A DNA stretch of 57,289 nt, filler included, from Sphacelaria rigidula (taxonomy: Eukaryota): assembly GCA_964200075.2 (NCBI GenBank). It is 8 parts of 8 records of this genome, joined end to end, with 100 filler letters (N's around TTAATTAATTAA, not from the genome) between each part and the next. Parts side by side here need not be neighbours in the genome. Positions count along the whole stretch, not along the records: positions 21,523 to 28,596 come from CAXNAA020016626.1; positions 28,697 to 35,770 come from CAXNAA020016627.1; 6 more parts are not named here. The stretch is one strand, 5' to 3'. The notes under the pieces are model-generated. The model saw only the letters and a program-made list of their open reading frames with translations. It was not told where the DNA came from and did not search any database. Positions 22,936-35,290 of this stretch are shown here, piece by piece. The stretch's first letter is position 1; every line of letters begins with the position of its first letter. A program made the position numbers and the translations under genes.

Positions 22936-24225
22936 TGTATCTCATTTGACATCAAGTGGTAACATTATGTTTTTCGAGAATTTACTTTCATATTTTTTCT
23001 CGAAAAATACATGTCAATATTACACGTTTTTACCGATGTATTTTGTCTCATTGTATGTGCAAACAGCACACAACAATTCACTGAATCTGTCAGCCATGAT
23101 TGTCCACACCGAATAATATTGTTGTTCATTGATTAACAGTGCCATAGCTAACATAATTGTCTGGCCACAATGTTATCTCGTTGCTTATCAACAAGGCACG
23201 ACAGGATCAAAGAATAAACATTTTATTTTGTCCAAAAGACTAAAATTTCGACCCTGCAGGTCGCCGTTTTACACGTACTGTCTGGATATATTCAGTCTAC
23301 GATTAAGTCTCAACCACTGATCGATATAGACCGAGTGATCCTCTAAAAATCGTGTTAACTGCGAAGAAACTAAGTCCGTCTGTCAAATCACTTCAAATTT
23401 TTTTATCCTGAAGTACAATTTTGCAAATTCAAAATAAGTACAAATGTCTGTCCGGTACTTATGCATTCGAATCTTTGTTTGCATAAATGTCTTTGTCATC
23501 CTGTGAATATTACGTTGAAGTGTAAAAGTGAACACTTTAAACATATTTATATATCTCTCAAGGAATGTTGGATTATCTCATCATCTGAGACTCATAATCT
23601 TCTAGTTTTTGACGGAGTGAGAGCTCTAACACCGTCACAACTAGATGGGTAAGGTGAATAACACTTATGAGAACCCAACATACCTTATAGTTCTATCCAA
23701 GAACCTTCTATTGGTTCTATTCATGGGAACGTTCTAGCACCGAGGAAAGTTCCTCAGACGTCCGCTAGGTCTTTGGAGGATGGTCTGTTTGTCTCGGAAT
23801 ATCGGGACAATATCAGATCGAATATGCCCAACAGTCACAGAACGTTGGACACAACAAACCCAAGGTGATCTACACGTTGAACCGAACTCTAGGCCAATGT
23901 CTGTCGGTACATGGTCCTTTGATCCATGTCTTGTTGTCTGAGATGAGCTGCATGGAGAGATCGCAGATCATCTCCACCTCAGCTCACAACAACTTCTCTT
24001 CACCTCCACTCTGTCTGTCAAGCTCACTCGAGCCCTGTCTTGTCCACTCGACGCTACCGACGTAGCTTAACTGGAAAGAGCACTCTGCGTCTCGTTCGCG
24101 TTTCGCAGAGAGAGTAAGGGTTCAAGTCCCTTCGTCGGTCTTCTTATCGTATACGACTCTTAATTGAAAAAAATAAAAAGGGAACAGCCCAAGGGATTCA
24201 GGGTAGCAGAGTAGATACAGATACA
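22936..24225 (+). repeat. Possible 3' LTR of the chromodomain gypsy element
   Basis: Purine tract AAGGGGGGTAGAT immediately before TGTATCT, with complementary AGATACA at 24213-24225. No second LTR is available to confirm it. Confidence 0.3.
24056..24140 (+). ncRNA. tRNA-like cloverleaf with aberrant 18-nt anticodon loop (pseudo-tRNA or Pol III head)
   Basis: Acceptor ACCGACG/CGTCGGT, D-stem GCTT/GAGC, anticodon stem CTCTG/CAGAG, T-stem AAGGG/CCCTT with TTCAAGT loop. A box TAGCTTAACTGG, B box GGTTCAAGTCC. Confidence 0.75.
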
Positions 24226-24422
24226 CACCAGTGGGCACCGCAGAGCCACCGACTGAGGACATTATCAACAACCGATATGAGCGGACAGGATTCTTCGATT
24301 GGCGGCTCTCGACGCAGCAGCCTCTCGCTTGTGACGGCGGTCTGATTCTCATTTGTCCGCGCGTCGCCATGTGTCCTCAAACTCTTCTGCTCCTTTTTCG
24401 ACTTCACTATGCCGTTCGCTAT

Positions 24423-24710
24423 TGAAGTGGCGATGAGAGTAAATGAAGCAAATCATTCGAGGCTGCCATCCGTACTCAAGATAATCGATACGCTGCGGGT
24501 TGAACAATCTTAGTAAGATGCAGCTCACCCTTCATGCGACCCGCCGAACACATCACGGCGCATTGCGCTTCGTGATTGATTGCGAGCCTTGTCCGGCGAA
24601 AACACGGCATGCTTCGTCTTGGGTTTGTATGGATGCGAGATCCATGGTCTTAAGACAACGGCTTGCAATATCATGAGTACACCCCCTGTCCCCGTCCCCT
24701 CCCCCTTCCC
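24423..24710 (+). mobile_element. SINE-like family A, 3' half
   Basis: GATGCAGCTCACCCTTCATGCGAC...ATCATGAGTACACCCCC. Confidence 0.78.
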
Positions 24711-25841
24711 CCTCAGGTTTTTAATAGTTTATTTTAGCAAGTGTTGCTGTTTACTTATCGTGATTATGTATGTCTATCTCGTCACCGCGGCGGGATTTGT
24801 TGCGTATCAGTTCACGTGCGACTGTTGACCAATCAAGACCAATCCATCCAATGACGATGAAGCGTCTTCGGCGATACAGTTGTTCCTTCATAACTATCCA
24901 TCAAGATTGCCACACGGAAAGTAGCATTCCTTGGGCACCCATGCGTGAAAGAACACGTATCGGATGTTACCTCAAAGTCAGAATAATCTGTCACACGCCA
25001 TCTTCCGCGCAAGCAAACACCTTTTTCTCTCAACCCGCGGTCGCCCAACTGCGCTCAGCTACGCCCGGGCTGAGCAAGCTCGTTTAAAGCGCAAATCAGC
25101 TCGTTGTTCAAGCAGTGGTCAAAGACTAGTACAAGTACAGGGTGATGACGAAAGACGACTAAGCAGCAAAAGAGCCGGCCAGGGCGTGATAAATATATTG
25201 GCGATGCTTGGAGATTACCTTGCAATTCTGTTTCTGTGATTTCAGACGGGAACCGAGTGGTATGGTTTCCGGTGTGTAATATTTACATATCAAAATGATG
25301 ACGCAAATTATACCGCTGAGAGTCAATGTCTGGCTACGAGCTGGGCCACCCGTGACACTTACAAACGCAGAGCAAAAGACAGCGTGTCAAGTTTCTCGAA
25401 TAATCCCAATTCAAGCCTATCGCTGTGAACTGCAGACCAACCTGGTAATGCATGGCTCCGCCGCTGGTCGATTGGCGCAGTTTTGGCGACGCAGTTTTGG
25501 CGACGACGTGATTATACAGCACTCAGTACTGGCTGAGTACGTCCCATCTGGTGGCTTCATAGATCTTCCTGAACTTTGCTTTGTGAAATGCAGCGGAATA
25601 AAGTGTGACAGCTTTGACACGCGCAGTCAAATGGGGATGAATGCTGCGAGATGGCATCAAGCCCGGCAGCAGCTCCATCATGGGAGAGGACCTCTGAGCC
25701 GATTGTCACATACATCGAGCACAGGCACAAGTATCCAACGGGGACTGGTATGTAACGCTTTTCCCCGATCAAATCTCGGATCGCGATCGTCTTTTCCTAC
25801 AGTTGGAAACAAAAATCTGCCAGATTATGGGGTTAACATGG

Positions 25842-25909
25842 TCATGTCGGGATTCGAACTCGATACTGCGTAATGGGAGGCTCGTTTATCAGTTGGACAA
25901 CCGGCGCGC
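25842..25909 (-). mobile_element. Degenerate tRNA-derived SINE head
   Basis: Minus strand reads GCGCCGGTTGTCCAACTGAT...GAGTTCGAATCCCG (A-box-like and B-box-like). Confidence 0.35.
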
Positions 25910-26941
25910 AGCGGTGTCACACAAAACGTTCCAATGTTTTTTTTTGCCCAATTTCAGGATTTTTTAGCCCAATGTTTACTAGCATCTCCTGCGCACAAAT
26001 ACCCAATTCGTGACGAGGAATGCCTGCTTCTTTTGTTTTTTTCGCGGAGTTATACGAGCTGGGCCAGCCTAGACACGAATTTCAGCTCTCAAAGCAATAC
26101 CTCGTCGAAACGGACGAGTTGGGCCATGATCTGCATCTTGTGTTGATCGTCTAACCAAGGGGAAGGTGCCCATCTGCTCGAAATTTTGGGCCCATATTTT
26201 CTCGTTGATTAAACTCCATGTCTAGTAATTCCTATACCTAAGGGAGATAGCGTCCATACTAAAATCTCTATGAAACCCCCGATCGATGCATTCAGCGGAT
26301 GACGACGAACTTTGGTGTCGGCATTCCCTGGAGCACGGGGAGACGATCGATACCCTCACCTTTACCTAATTTGTAATCTATCTCGAGATGTGGAGCACAT
26401 AAGTTTCCATACTAAAATCAGCATATTACTAGCAGATGCGCTAGATTAGCTAAACCTGGACATCGCGTCTCAGCTTTTGAGAGTTATGCTATAAAATTTC
26501 GTATGAAGAACCGCTAGTGCGCAATAAAGCTTATAAACACAGTTTTTTTTTTTCGTTTTTTTCGGGTTTTCGGGGCAGTTTTGAGGAGAAATGAACACTG
26601 CTTTTGGGCCATATTTCAATTTTGTGGCTTAGAATTGAGAATTGTAATTTGAAACTCAGGAAAAAGAAGCACAGAGGCATGTTGATTAACAAACAAAATG
26701 GGCCCTCAGTTTTTTTTTGGGGGGGGGGAGAGGTTCGGGCGTTCTCGTAAAACAACGGCGGTTTCCATACTAAAACGCCCTAAACCAGCGAAAAAAAAAT
26801 CAACCTGGCCCACTTTGTTTCGTCAATTATGCCCTGGCCACGGCCCACACAAAGCTTCAACACACAAACACCAAACGTGGGCCGGTAAGTGGCTTGCAAA
26901 ATACTGTTCCGAATTTCTTCTGACCCCGTCACTAAATAAAC

Positions 26942-27213
26942 GGCCCATTATACGGTCAGTACTTGGAGTTGGACCCTGAAATTTGGTATGGACAATAGAT
27001 AGGGCATAATAAAAACAAATACCAGCGCACACGAGGTTTTTTTTTTTTCATGAGTTAAGGGCAGTAATCAGTTTTCAGATATTGGTAAAATGCCCCTAAC
27101 TCATGGAAAAAAAAAAAAAACTTGTATGCACTGGTAATAATTTTTATTATGCTCTATTCATTGTTCATACCAAAATTTCAGGGTCCAACTCTAAATATTG
27201 GCCGTATTGGGCC
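26942..27213. repeat. Foldback inverted repeat inside the TIR element
   Basis: GAGTTGGACCCTGAAATTTGGTATG...CATGAGTTAAGGGCA pairs with TGCCCTAACTCATG...CATACCAAAATTTCAGGGTCCAACTC. Confidence 0.8.
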
Positions 27214-27876
27214 TGCAAACTACAGAATCGCTTCTCGGCTGGCCCAGCTCGCAGAACTTTCCAGTTTTTGCTGGAATTTACAATCCCTCAAACTTTTTGC
27301 TCGCTTTTTTTCTCGGTATCCCCTGAGTTGATGCGCGTGTTGATGACAGGTATTTCGTGTAAACATTTCAGCGCCTGAATCCTCAAATTGAGCACCGCAT
27401 CACCCGATTTCCGACAAAAAAGACCACCAGGTGGCCCAGCTCGTAGTGCGGCATTGCAGCTTCACTTCCGAGTATTGGTATCATCCTAATGGGCATGTGT
27501 TCACGTCTTGATTGTTCATCTATGTAGTCCTCTCTGCTGATAGCTCTTGATGGAGGAATTTGGGTGCAATATCGCTTTACCCGTGTATAATTTCCGTTTA
27601 TAGATTTCAGCGTTTTGAAAAAAGTGCGCTCTACTGCGCTTGCAACTAGTTAGTGATGGTGGTATTGACATGTGCACGATGTGCCGAGTCTCCACATCAT
27701 GGTTTCGTACCACATATCTGTTTACACTACAACACGAGACGCTTCTCCCACATCCATGCCCCTGGTGTTTCCTCAACACCACCGCGCGTTCAAATTGTCT
27801 GGTTGAATACTCTGCAGAGCGGATCAAAACAGACAAAAAACGAAACACACCCAGACCAGGAAGATTCGACGCTTAC

Positions 27877-28134
27877 CCTCGAGTGATTGGCCCTCCACGT
27901 GCGAAAAGGCGACTTAATTCCTCCGTGGGTTTCCCCGAAGCGGCACAAAATACACCGCCTTCCGCGGCATCTCCCCAGCCGAGCTGCGACGCCAGATTCG
28001 CGCAGGCCTGTTCAGCAAGAACACAGCGCCACGAACATGCGTCCACTGGTGATGAGAAGGGGATTATGGGCTTCCCCCCCGACCCACCACACCTCCGATC
28101 AAGCTGCGAATCTCTTAGAAGCAGATGCATCGTA
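27877..28134 (-). CDS. Candidate exon, unknown protein
   Basis: atacag acceptor (phase-compatible with the 28301 donor), GG|gtaagc donor; TMHLLLRDSQLDRRCGG...ELSRLFARGGPITR. Confidence 0.4.
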
Positions 28135-28150
28135 CTGTATCCCACAATAG

Positions 28151-28189
<39 letters not shown>

Positions 28190-28272
28190 AAAATAACGAC
28201 AACAACAACAACAACAACAATAATAATAATAATAATAATAATAACAACAACAGTAATTATAGTAACCATCAT
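28151..28272. repeat. Compound (CAT)n/(AAC)n/(AAT)n microsatellite
   Basis: Read directly from the sequence. Confidence 0.95.
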
Positions 28273-28300
28273 CACAACATACTCATAATAAAATCCGTAC

Positions 28301-28508
28301 CCTGACATACTCTTCTGTAGCTTGGAATGTGACCAACAGCGTGACAGTAACATGCACCAGGTGAGAATCAGGGACGCCTCAACTTCCTGCAGCCTTCGGA
28401 CCCCAGACCTTCGGTTGAGGTGACAATCAAGCGACAGGAAATCATGTGAAAAAGCAGCAACTGTAGAAAACAATCGCATTTTGCCGCGTATCACCAATGA
28501 TACCGTCG
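28301..28508 (-). CDS. Candidate exon, unknown protein
   Basis: ccgtag acceptor, GG|gtacgg donor; open frame ...LVIRGKMRLFSTVAAFSHDFLSLDCHLNRRSG...KSMS. Confidence 0.3.
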
Positions 28509-29479
28509 CTACGGTTTTTTTTTCATATGTACCCTCACGTCCCCCCCCCCCCCCCCCCCCCCCGGCGGTGGTCCGCTTGGTTGTTTAGGCGACTCANNNN
28601 NNNNNNNNNNNNNNNNNNNNNNNNNNNNNNNNNNNNNNNNTTAATTAATTAANNNNNNNNNNNNNNNNNNNNNNNNNNNNNNNNNNNNNNNNNNNNTCAT
28701 TCATCACGAGTCAACTTATTAAACTGAAACCAAGTAATTTCCTGGCGCATCATTATTTGTCCTAACCGTGGAAATTTCCCATCGCCGATAGCTGACGAAA
28801 AAATATCAAAGTAAATGGGGAAAGGTGGGGTGTTTGCCCGTACGTCTTGTACAACGTGCCAAAAATTATGGAAGCGGTCCACAAGTGAGAAGCGAAATCG
28901 CGTTTTTCTGTCGAAAACCGGTCCCTATGTGGAGACGGACCAGCCAAGATGCGAACACGAATATGAAAGCGCGGTTGCGCCGTTCAAGTTCGAGTTTTTA
29001 TTCCATGGAACTCTGACACGGTGTACATGAGGTATGTGCGAAGGCTCTACTTTTCCCTTCTTGGCTACAATTGTTTAGTGAGTTATCGACGTTTCTGTGC
29101 CGGCAAGATGTGCGTTGGTAGAACCCCAAATCCGCGCCTGTTGCACCGACTTGGATAATAACGCGTTCTGCGGCACGCTAGAATGCCCTCGGGACGGTCA
29201 GCCTCACCGGGATACGAATATAGATGGGCACACTCAAACCAAGTGATATCAACCGCGAACTCGTGGATACAAACCGGGGGTCAACGCTGCTGGAGGAAGT
29301 AAAGAGAGAGATACAAAAAAGTGCGACGGGAGGGATAAGTGTATACATAGCATGATGCTCGGAAGATAGTTTTGCGATACCACTGAGTTGGCCACGTCTT
29401 GACCCTCCAGAATATTGTTTCGTTTTCTTGACAATGGTGCGTAGTATCAGAGTGATGCTCAGATAGGGTGTGTGTGTGT

Positions 29480-30050
29480 GTACTCGTTCGTTTCTTGCCT
29501 CATCTATTTTATCATTGCCCACGCATCCCCTTCGAGACGGAACACGGTTCCTGCTCCTATTTGACACACCTCCAACATTTGAGCGCTCATTTGCTTCTTC
29601 AATACATTACACAATCACCTGTTGCGTATACTATCTCCTCCTTGTTTCGCCATCTGTGGCCACACTCCATCTCCTAGAATAGCCATCGGTTTCTCGCTAC
29701 AATCTCAAGTACCAGTGATTTCATGCCACCTTCGTTAACTTCCCACACTTCTCCCTCTAACACGTCCCATTCCTCCTTCAATAGTTCACATTCTGCCACT
29801 ATACGACTTCCACTCTCTACTGCTTTGCCGCAGGAAATGTCGTGAGCAACCAACTTCCTCCTCCGCTCGACTGTTGGTATGCTTTACCTCTTAATCTCTC
29901 TGGCAGATCGAGGCCTCCCGACCAAAATCGCAGTTTCAACTTTTTCGCGGAGTCATTTGGGCCATGAAGATACGTTATCATCCCTATCCCCTGTCTCAAC
30001 CGCTGTGTTTCTTCAGGTGATCCTCCTCGTCTACTTTCCGTCTTCGCTCT
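29480..30050 (-). mobile_element. LINE (non-LTR retrotransposon, family B) 3' fragment, degenerate ORF2 C-terminus
   Basis: Minus strand YLHGPNDSAKKLKLRF...LDLPER..., then IVAECELLKEE...EGGMKS...MAILGD, continuing into the same tail as the short copies. Homologous to 37951-38190 (SSEKTLVILGHRWW...GGVSIRSRNG). Confidence 0.75.
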
Positions 30051-30486
30051 ACGATAGAGGGGAGGGTGGGGGGGGGGGGGGGGGGGGTATTTTGGGCCAA
30101 CTCTTCAACGAAATGATACCTCAAATCGTCGTTGAAAGACGTAAGATTTGTTCGAACGCGCCAATTACCAATACGACACACCCATTCATACCATTTGACA
30201 CCGGTTTTACCCAAATGTAAAAACACCGCGAGCAGTTGAGTCGCCTGACACATCTGTGAGTCCCTGGTTTTCGTGGAATCAGATCCCCCCTCCCCCCTAC
30301 CGCCATATAATATTGCAGGCGTTCTTCTTCCAAGCAGCTGCAGCGTGACACGCAGGGAAGCTATGGCACGCTGTGAACACGAATGGACACGAAAACTGCC
30401 AAAACAAAAGTGAATCAGACATTTATTATATTTTTTTTCTCTCCCAGTCAACTAACTCTGCCTATCCCATTTTTTCGTATTCTTAG

Positions 30487-30598
30487 CTATTCTTCAGCGA
30501 GTGTCTTCCGCTTGCTTTATTTCGGGTACGCCTATTATGTCACCGCGGCTGGATCCCGGGGGGGGCAGTTAATGTTCGACGATCATTCGATCAATCAG
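30487..30598 (+). mobile_element. Short retroposon 3' end with stem-loop and (AATC)n tail (family C); other copies at about 24730-24835, 32716-32824, 34616-34720, 37084-37209
   Basis: Shared GTGACCRCGGCTGGATCCC-GGG-CAGTTRAAGTGCGACAATCAATC. Confidence 0.7.
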
Positions 30599-31291
30599 CC
30601 AGGCGCTATTGATGGTGATCATTTCAGGATACGTCTGGGTTGGGCTGTGGCGACGGAGGTGCAGGCAGGACGGGGGTAGCGGCGGCGTCGACCATGCTCA
30701 CAATTAACGCAGTACAGTGTACAAGCTCGGGTCCGCATTCACTCCTCTGTATCCGGACCCTCCGAAGGTGCTGAGGATATGGTACGTCCCCTGAAGGTAC
30801 CCTTTGTTGTCAGGGTATTTTGAGTACCCAATACCCCAGCAGGGTACGCAGGGTATCGACTGCCGGAGCTAGTGAGACCCCCATGCTACCAGGAATATCG
30901 GCAGATGGCATATTCTGTATTCCCGAGTCCCACTCCAAGTATATTCGGAATGTTCATGTAGGCCTCCACTTGACACTTGGTGATGAGTCTGTGCCCGGAT
31001 TATTCCTGCGCCACCGGTGATCATTGGTAAGAGGACGTCGAGCTATGGAAGGGCTGTCGGATGTTGCCGCAAGCGACGACCGGACTGCACAAATCAAGGA
31101 TGCACGTCGGCTTTGGTGTATCGTTCGGACGGTTTTATGCTCTTGCCCAAGTGTTGTCGATTGCTCGGCACATTGAGGCTGCTGCTCCCTTCCTTGCTTG
31201 TGGCTGATTTTGCTAGCTTTGTTTCACCAACGATGTACGCGTTTTTGCCCCGGATGTTTGAAACATGACGATGACAGAGACCACTCGTGCT

Positions 31292-31523
31292 TGTGTGTGT
31301 GTGTGTTGCCATTCCATCTGTTCTGGACGCCAGTCTACACCCTTCGGTATATGTGGGGGCACCAGCCGGGGTCGCACAGGAGAAAGGTTCACACAGGAGT
31401 TTTTTCTTTCATATTTGTTTTAGTACTCCACCCTGCTTCTGCGATGCTCGCCTCCTTTTTTTCGACAGAGAGGGGGTCAGCAGTCCCTTTCCCTCGTCGA
31501 CTGTCAAGTCGACTTTTTGTGTA
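31292..31523 (-). mobile_element. Probable retroposon 3' fragment ending in an (AC)n tail
   Basis: Minus strand reads ...CTGGCGTCCAGAACAGATGGAATGGCAACACACACAC; only one copy in this window. Confidence 0.4.
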
Positions 31524-32389
31524 TGGCGTGCATAAAAACCGCCGAAAAATCATACTGGCACAATTACACGTGCCGAATCCCCCCCCCCGCCGCTCCTCCG
31601 TCCCATCTAGCTTCCGTCCCTTTGACGACGCGCACGGGAAACAATAACGAACTCCCTTCCCCAACAACATAGGGGGAAAATGTAGTGTCCGTTCATTGGC
31701 TTTATACAGATATTTTGGGAACTTTGGTAACAAGCGTGGTCAACACCGGGGAATAAAGGGGTTCAGAAGTACACGTTAGGGCGCACAATATTTCGCCCCC
31801 TTGTTGTGATAATTCACGAAAAGCATCCTGACCTGCAAAAGGCCGACAGCGACGACTGAAAGAAAATCAAGTAAGAATAATCGTCACTAATCGACAGCGT
31901 TCTTTTCACGAACTGGGCCTGGCTTGTTGGCCTCAAAGCACGTGACAGCAGGGTCAGAGAAGCGAAAGCGGTACCTTTGCCCCCCTCCGCGTGCCCGGCG
32001 CCCATCGCTGTAGAGGGAAAATTATGGAAAAAAGGAGCCAAACGAACCTGCTCACGATCCGAGTCAGTAACACAAATTAGAGGCAATATACTTAATTAGC
32101 TCATGAGCTGTTGAACGTGTAATAATATCCATCTTCCGCAACACTGAAATAAGTCCACGAGATTGCACACCCGGGACAATGGACGGCATCTGTTGCAATT
32201 GCAATGGAGTCTGCCGCAGTAGATGCCAGGATTGTCGTCCGTAATGGCTATGAATCGACAAGTTTCTTCTTCTTATGTCGGCAATGTCTATCGATAGACC
32301 TCTTTCCCACTCTTTTGCCCGGGCAGCAGTCTATTGTGACCCTACACGAAGAAAACTATCGTCGTCGAGCGAGAACATCGATCGACAGC

Positions 32390-33950
32390 TTTTAAATCTA
32401 TTGATGATGGCAATTGTTGTTGATAGACTGTGAACCAAATGTATTGATAACGATGGCCATTGATAAGATTGCCTACAAAACCTATTGATGACGGCCATCG
32501 CTCTATATAGGTTGCGTACAAAATTTATTGATGGCGTCGATAAGTATCAATAGATGCATACCAGAATCTACTGCGGTATACAATGCCTACCGATAGATAT
32601 TCTCTGTCGTCTGTTGCCACGCCTACATTGCAACATACCATGTATGGAGCATATTACACTCAATTGAAGTACGGTAGAAAGCCGCAGGTGAACATGCAGT
32701 GGGTAATATGATGATTCTACTCAGAGCGTGTTTCAGGCTCGTTTTTTTTGGGTACGTCTATCATGAGACCACCGCTGGACCCCTGGGGGATCAGTTAAAG
32801 TGCGACAACCAATCAATCAATCAACAGTTGAATAGATGACATCACGATTCTGCGAATTTGGAACGGCTGTATGCTGTAGGAATCCGCAATATGTGTGGAC
32901 AAAAGCTTACAAGATTTTTTATCGGTGTGGTGTTGGTACTCATGGTTGCCCCTCTGATGGACATGAGCGCTCATAGTACTTTTGGGCATGGGTGAGATGT
33001 GCTTATGCCCTGGACAACAGACATGGAATGGAAAATTGCCGCTGCAATAGCACCGAAAATTATGTTGTTAATTTTCCTCGTCAGTCATGAGCGATTGGCA
33101 TCACTGTCTATCGATAGCGATTGCAGGCGACAAGAGATTCGGGACAAGGGACAGAAGTTTTCATTGCCGTGACTATGGAGGGTGGCTAGGCTGACTATCG
33201 ATACATGTTATTTTCCTGAAACAGGCTCTGAATTGCGGGCATCAACGTCTATTAATGATCACAGAAGGAGCTGCAACGCGGCCACCAATACATATTGTTA
33301 ATCTCGTTAGGATCAAATTGCGCCCACCAATATCTATTGCTGGTCACCGTCGAATATGAATTCCCGGCCACCACTGTCCACCGCTAGTCACAATGCGATC
33401 TGAATCGTGGCCACCAGTCTCTGTTGCTCGCCACAATAGGAGCTGAATGGCGTCGATCACTATTATAGCTTTGTATGCACATTTTTCGGTGGGTGTCGCC
33501 ACCTTTTTTCATATAGCCCATGGCCAGCTAGCGCCTCAGGTCGTTACGGCTTCATGTGTGATGGGTATTGCCGTCGATGTCAGAAGACCACAGCAGTGAG
33601 CAACATATTCATCAAAACCTATCGTTGGCGTCATCGGCTATCGATGGATACTCCCGAGAACAATCGATTGTTGATGACAATGATTTTCATTGATGGATAC
33701 CCCAAAATCCATTGTTGGCGGCAGAGACTCTCGATGGATTGTTCACCAAGTCTTTCGATGGCGGCAAAGGCTACCGATAGACGGCTCACAAAATTTATTG
33801 ATGACGGCAATTGCTATCGATGGATAGCCCACCGAATATGTTGATTGCGGTAATGGTCATCGGTATATATATTTCACAATCTATTGCGGTATACGATGTC
33901 CATCGATGGTGAGTGATTTTCATCTACTGTAACGGGCATAGACTATTGAT
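32390..33950. repeat. Degenerate ~44-bp tandem arrays (32390-32600, 33280-33450, 33610-33950)
   Basis: AAAWYYWTTGATGRCG...CTATCGATGGATA units at about 33614, 33659, 33704, 33748, 33791 and 33834. Confidence 0.65.
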
Positions 33951-34804
33951 AGACTCTTGCGACATCTGCTGTCCCTTGAAATACATTACAACGTGTGTGT
34001 TTCGCCATCTTTTGTGTTCAACAATATATATATATATATCGATGGTTTTTGCCCGCGCGTATTACTGAAGCAATGGACTATTTTAGCGTCCGCTGTCCAG
34101 AGTGTGCAACCTTGCCCCTTTCGACCCACCACGACTGTATCAGTACCCAGTAAGAAAAATTCAGTCAAAGCACACACAGGCGTCTGGCGGACCTGAGCAT
34201 CCAACGCACCTGAACTTTTCACAACGACTCTCGAGCAACGACGGTGTTTAGGAAATCATTCAAGTTTTACTCGCGGGTACTGCACACGCTATCTGAAACA
34301 CGCCTTTTTTTTCCTTGTCACGTCTTATTTCAATCACTTCCTACGATAGCCCCCTGCAAAAATGTGCCTGGTTTGGGGAGGCAAAATATTTGCGTAAAGC
34401 GATGTGGAAAAAGCCGAGCACAACGATCAGCTGGGAATTTCGACGCTTGGGTTCTTTCTCGCCAATGTCGCCAACATGAGGCGCTTCATGGAGCTTCAAC
34501 CCAAACATCAGGCGCTGTGTGGCCAATATTTTCGTGACACTTATGGACTGGTTTTGGAGGGGGGGGCTATCGTGGAAAGTGTCTTTACTATGTTGTTCTC
34601 TTCTTTTTTTTTTTTCTGCAGCGAATGTTTCAGTATTGTTTTGTCTTGGAGACGTGTATCATGTGACCGCTGCTGGATCCCGGGGGGGGCAGTGAAAGTG
34701 CGACAATCAAATTAATCCAATGCAAGCAAAGCGCTAACAACATGTAAACTCATGAAACCTCAAGTCATGAACGCTCCGGAGATGAACCGGATACTAATAC
34801 TCAC

Positions 34805-34902
34805 GGGCGAACCGCCGCCGCAAACTCGCTCTGCAATTGGTCGTTGTACATGAGGTCGTCGATCAGCCCGAATTTCCAAAGTTTTTCCGCGCTCAGAGGT
34901 CC
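34805..34902 (-). CDS. Candidate exon resembling S49 peptidase (SppA/protease IV)
   Basis: cccaag acceptor, CC|gtgagt donor. GPLSAEKLWKFGLIDDLMYNDQL resembles the S49 pattern GPxxAxxAxxxGLVDxLxYxD. Confidence 0.45.
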
Positions 34903-35103
34903 CTTGGGAAGCGCAACACGCAATGAACGAGCCATGACGCAACGAACAGCAACAAAACGAGCAATAGCAAGCAAAACAATAAATTAATTCAAAAGGCGAA
35001 TGAGAAAAACGAGGGAGGCTCGGCTCACAGAACACGAAGGCGCCCAACGGTCGTTGTTGCACGCGCAGCAGAATCACGAGTATCAAGAAAATAGGCAGGG
35101 CGC

Positions 35104-35290
35104 ATGATTATGATTATTACATTATTATTACATTATTATTACTAGTCTTCTTCTTCTTCTTATGACGATCATCCTCATGATTATCATGATTATTATGATG
35201 ATTATGATTATGATTATGATTATGATTATGATTATTATGGTTATTATTATTATGATTATTGCTTTTATAATTATAATTATAATTATTAAA
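35104..35290. repeat. (ATT)n/(GATTAT)n microsatellite
   Basis: Read directly from the sequence. Confidence 0.95.

Larger units (their letters stand above)
25336..27444. mobile_element. TA-flanked non-autonomous TIR element (Tc1/mariner-like) with an inner TIR pair at 26055-27251
   Basis: Outer TA|CGAGCTGGGCCACC...GGTGGCCCAGCTCG|TA; inner TA|CGAGCTGGGCCAGCC...GGCTGGCCCAGCTCG|CA. No transposase is seen. Confidence 0.6.

Noticed and set aside
24056..24140. Functional decoding tRNA gene
   Set aside because: The anticodon loop lacks U33 and purine-37 even allowing an 11-nt intron, and no oligo-T terminator follows. Kept as tRNA-like only.
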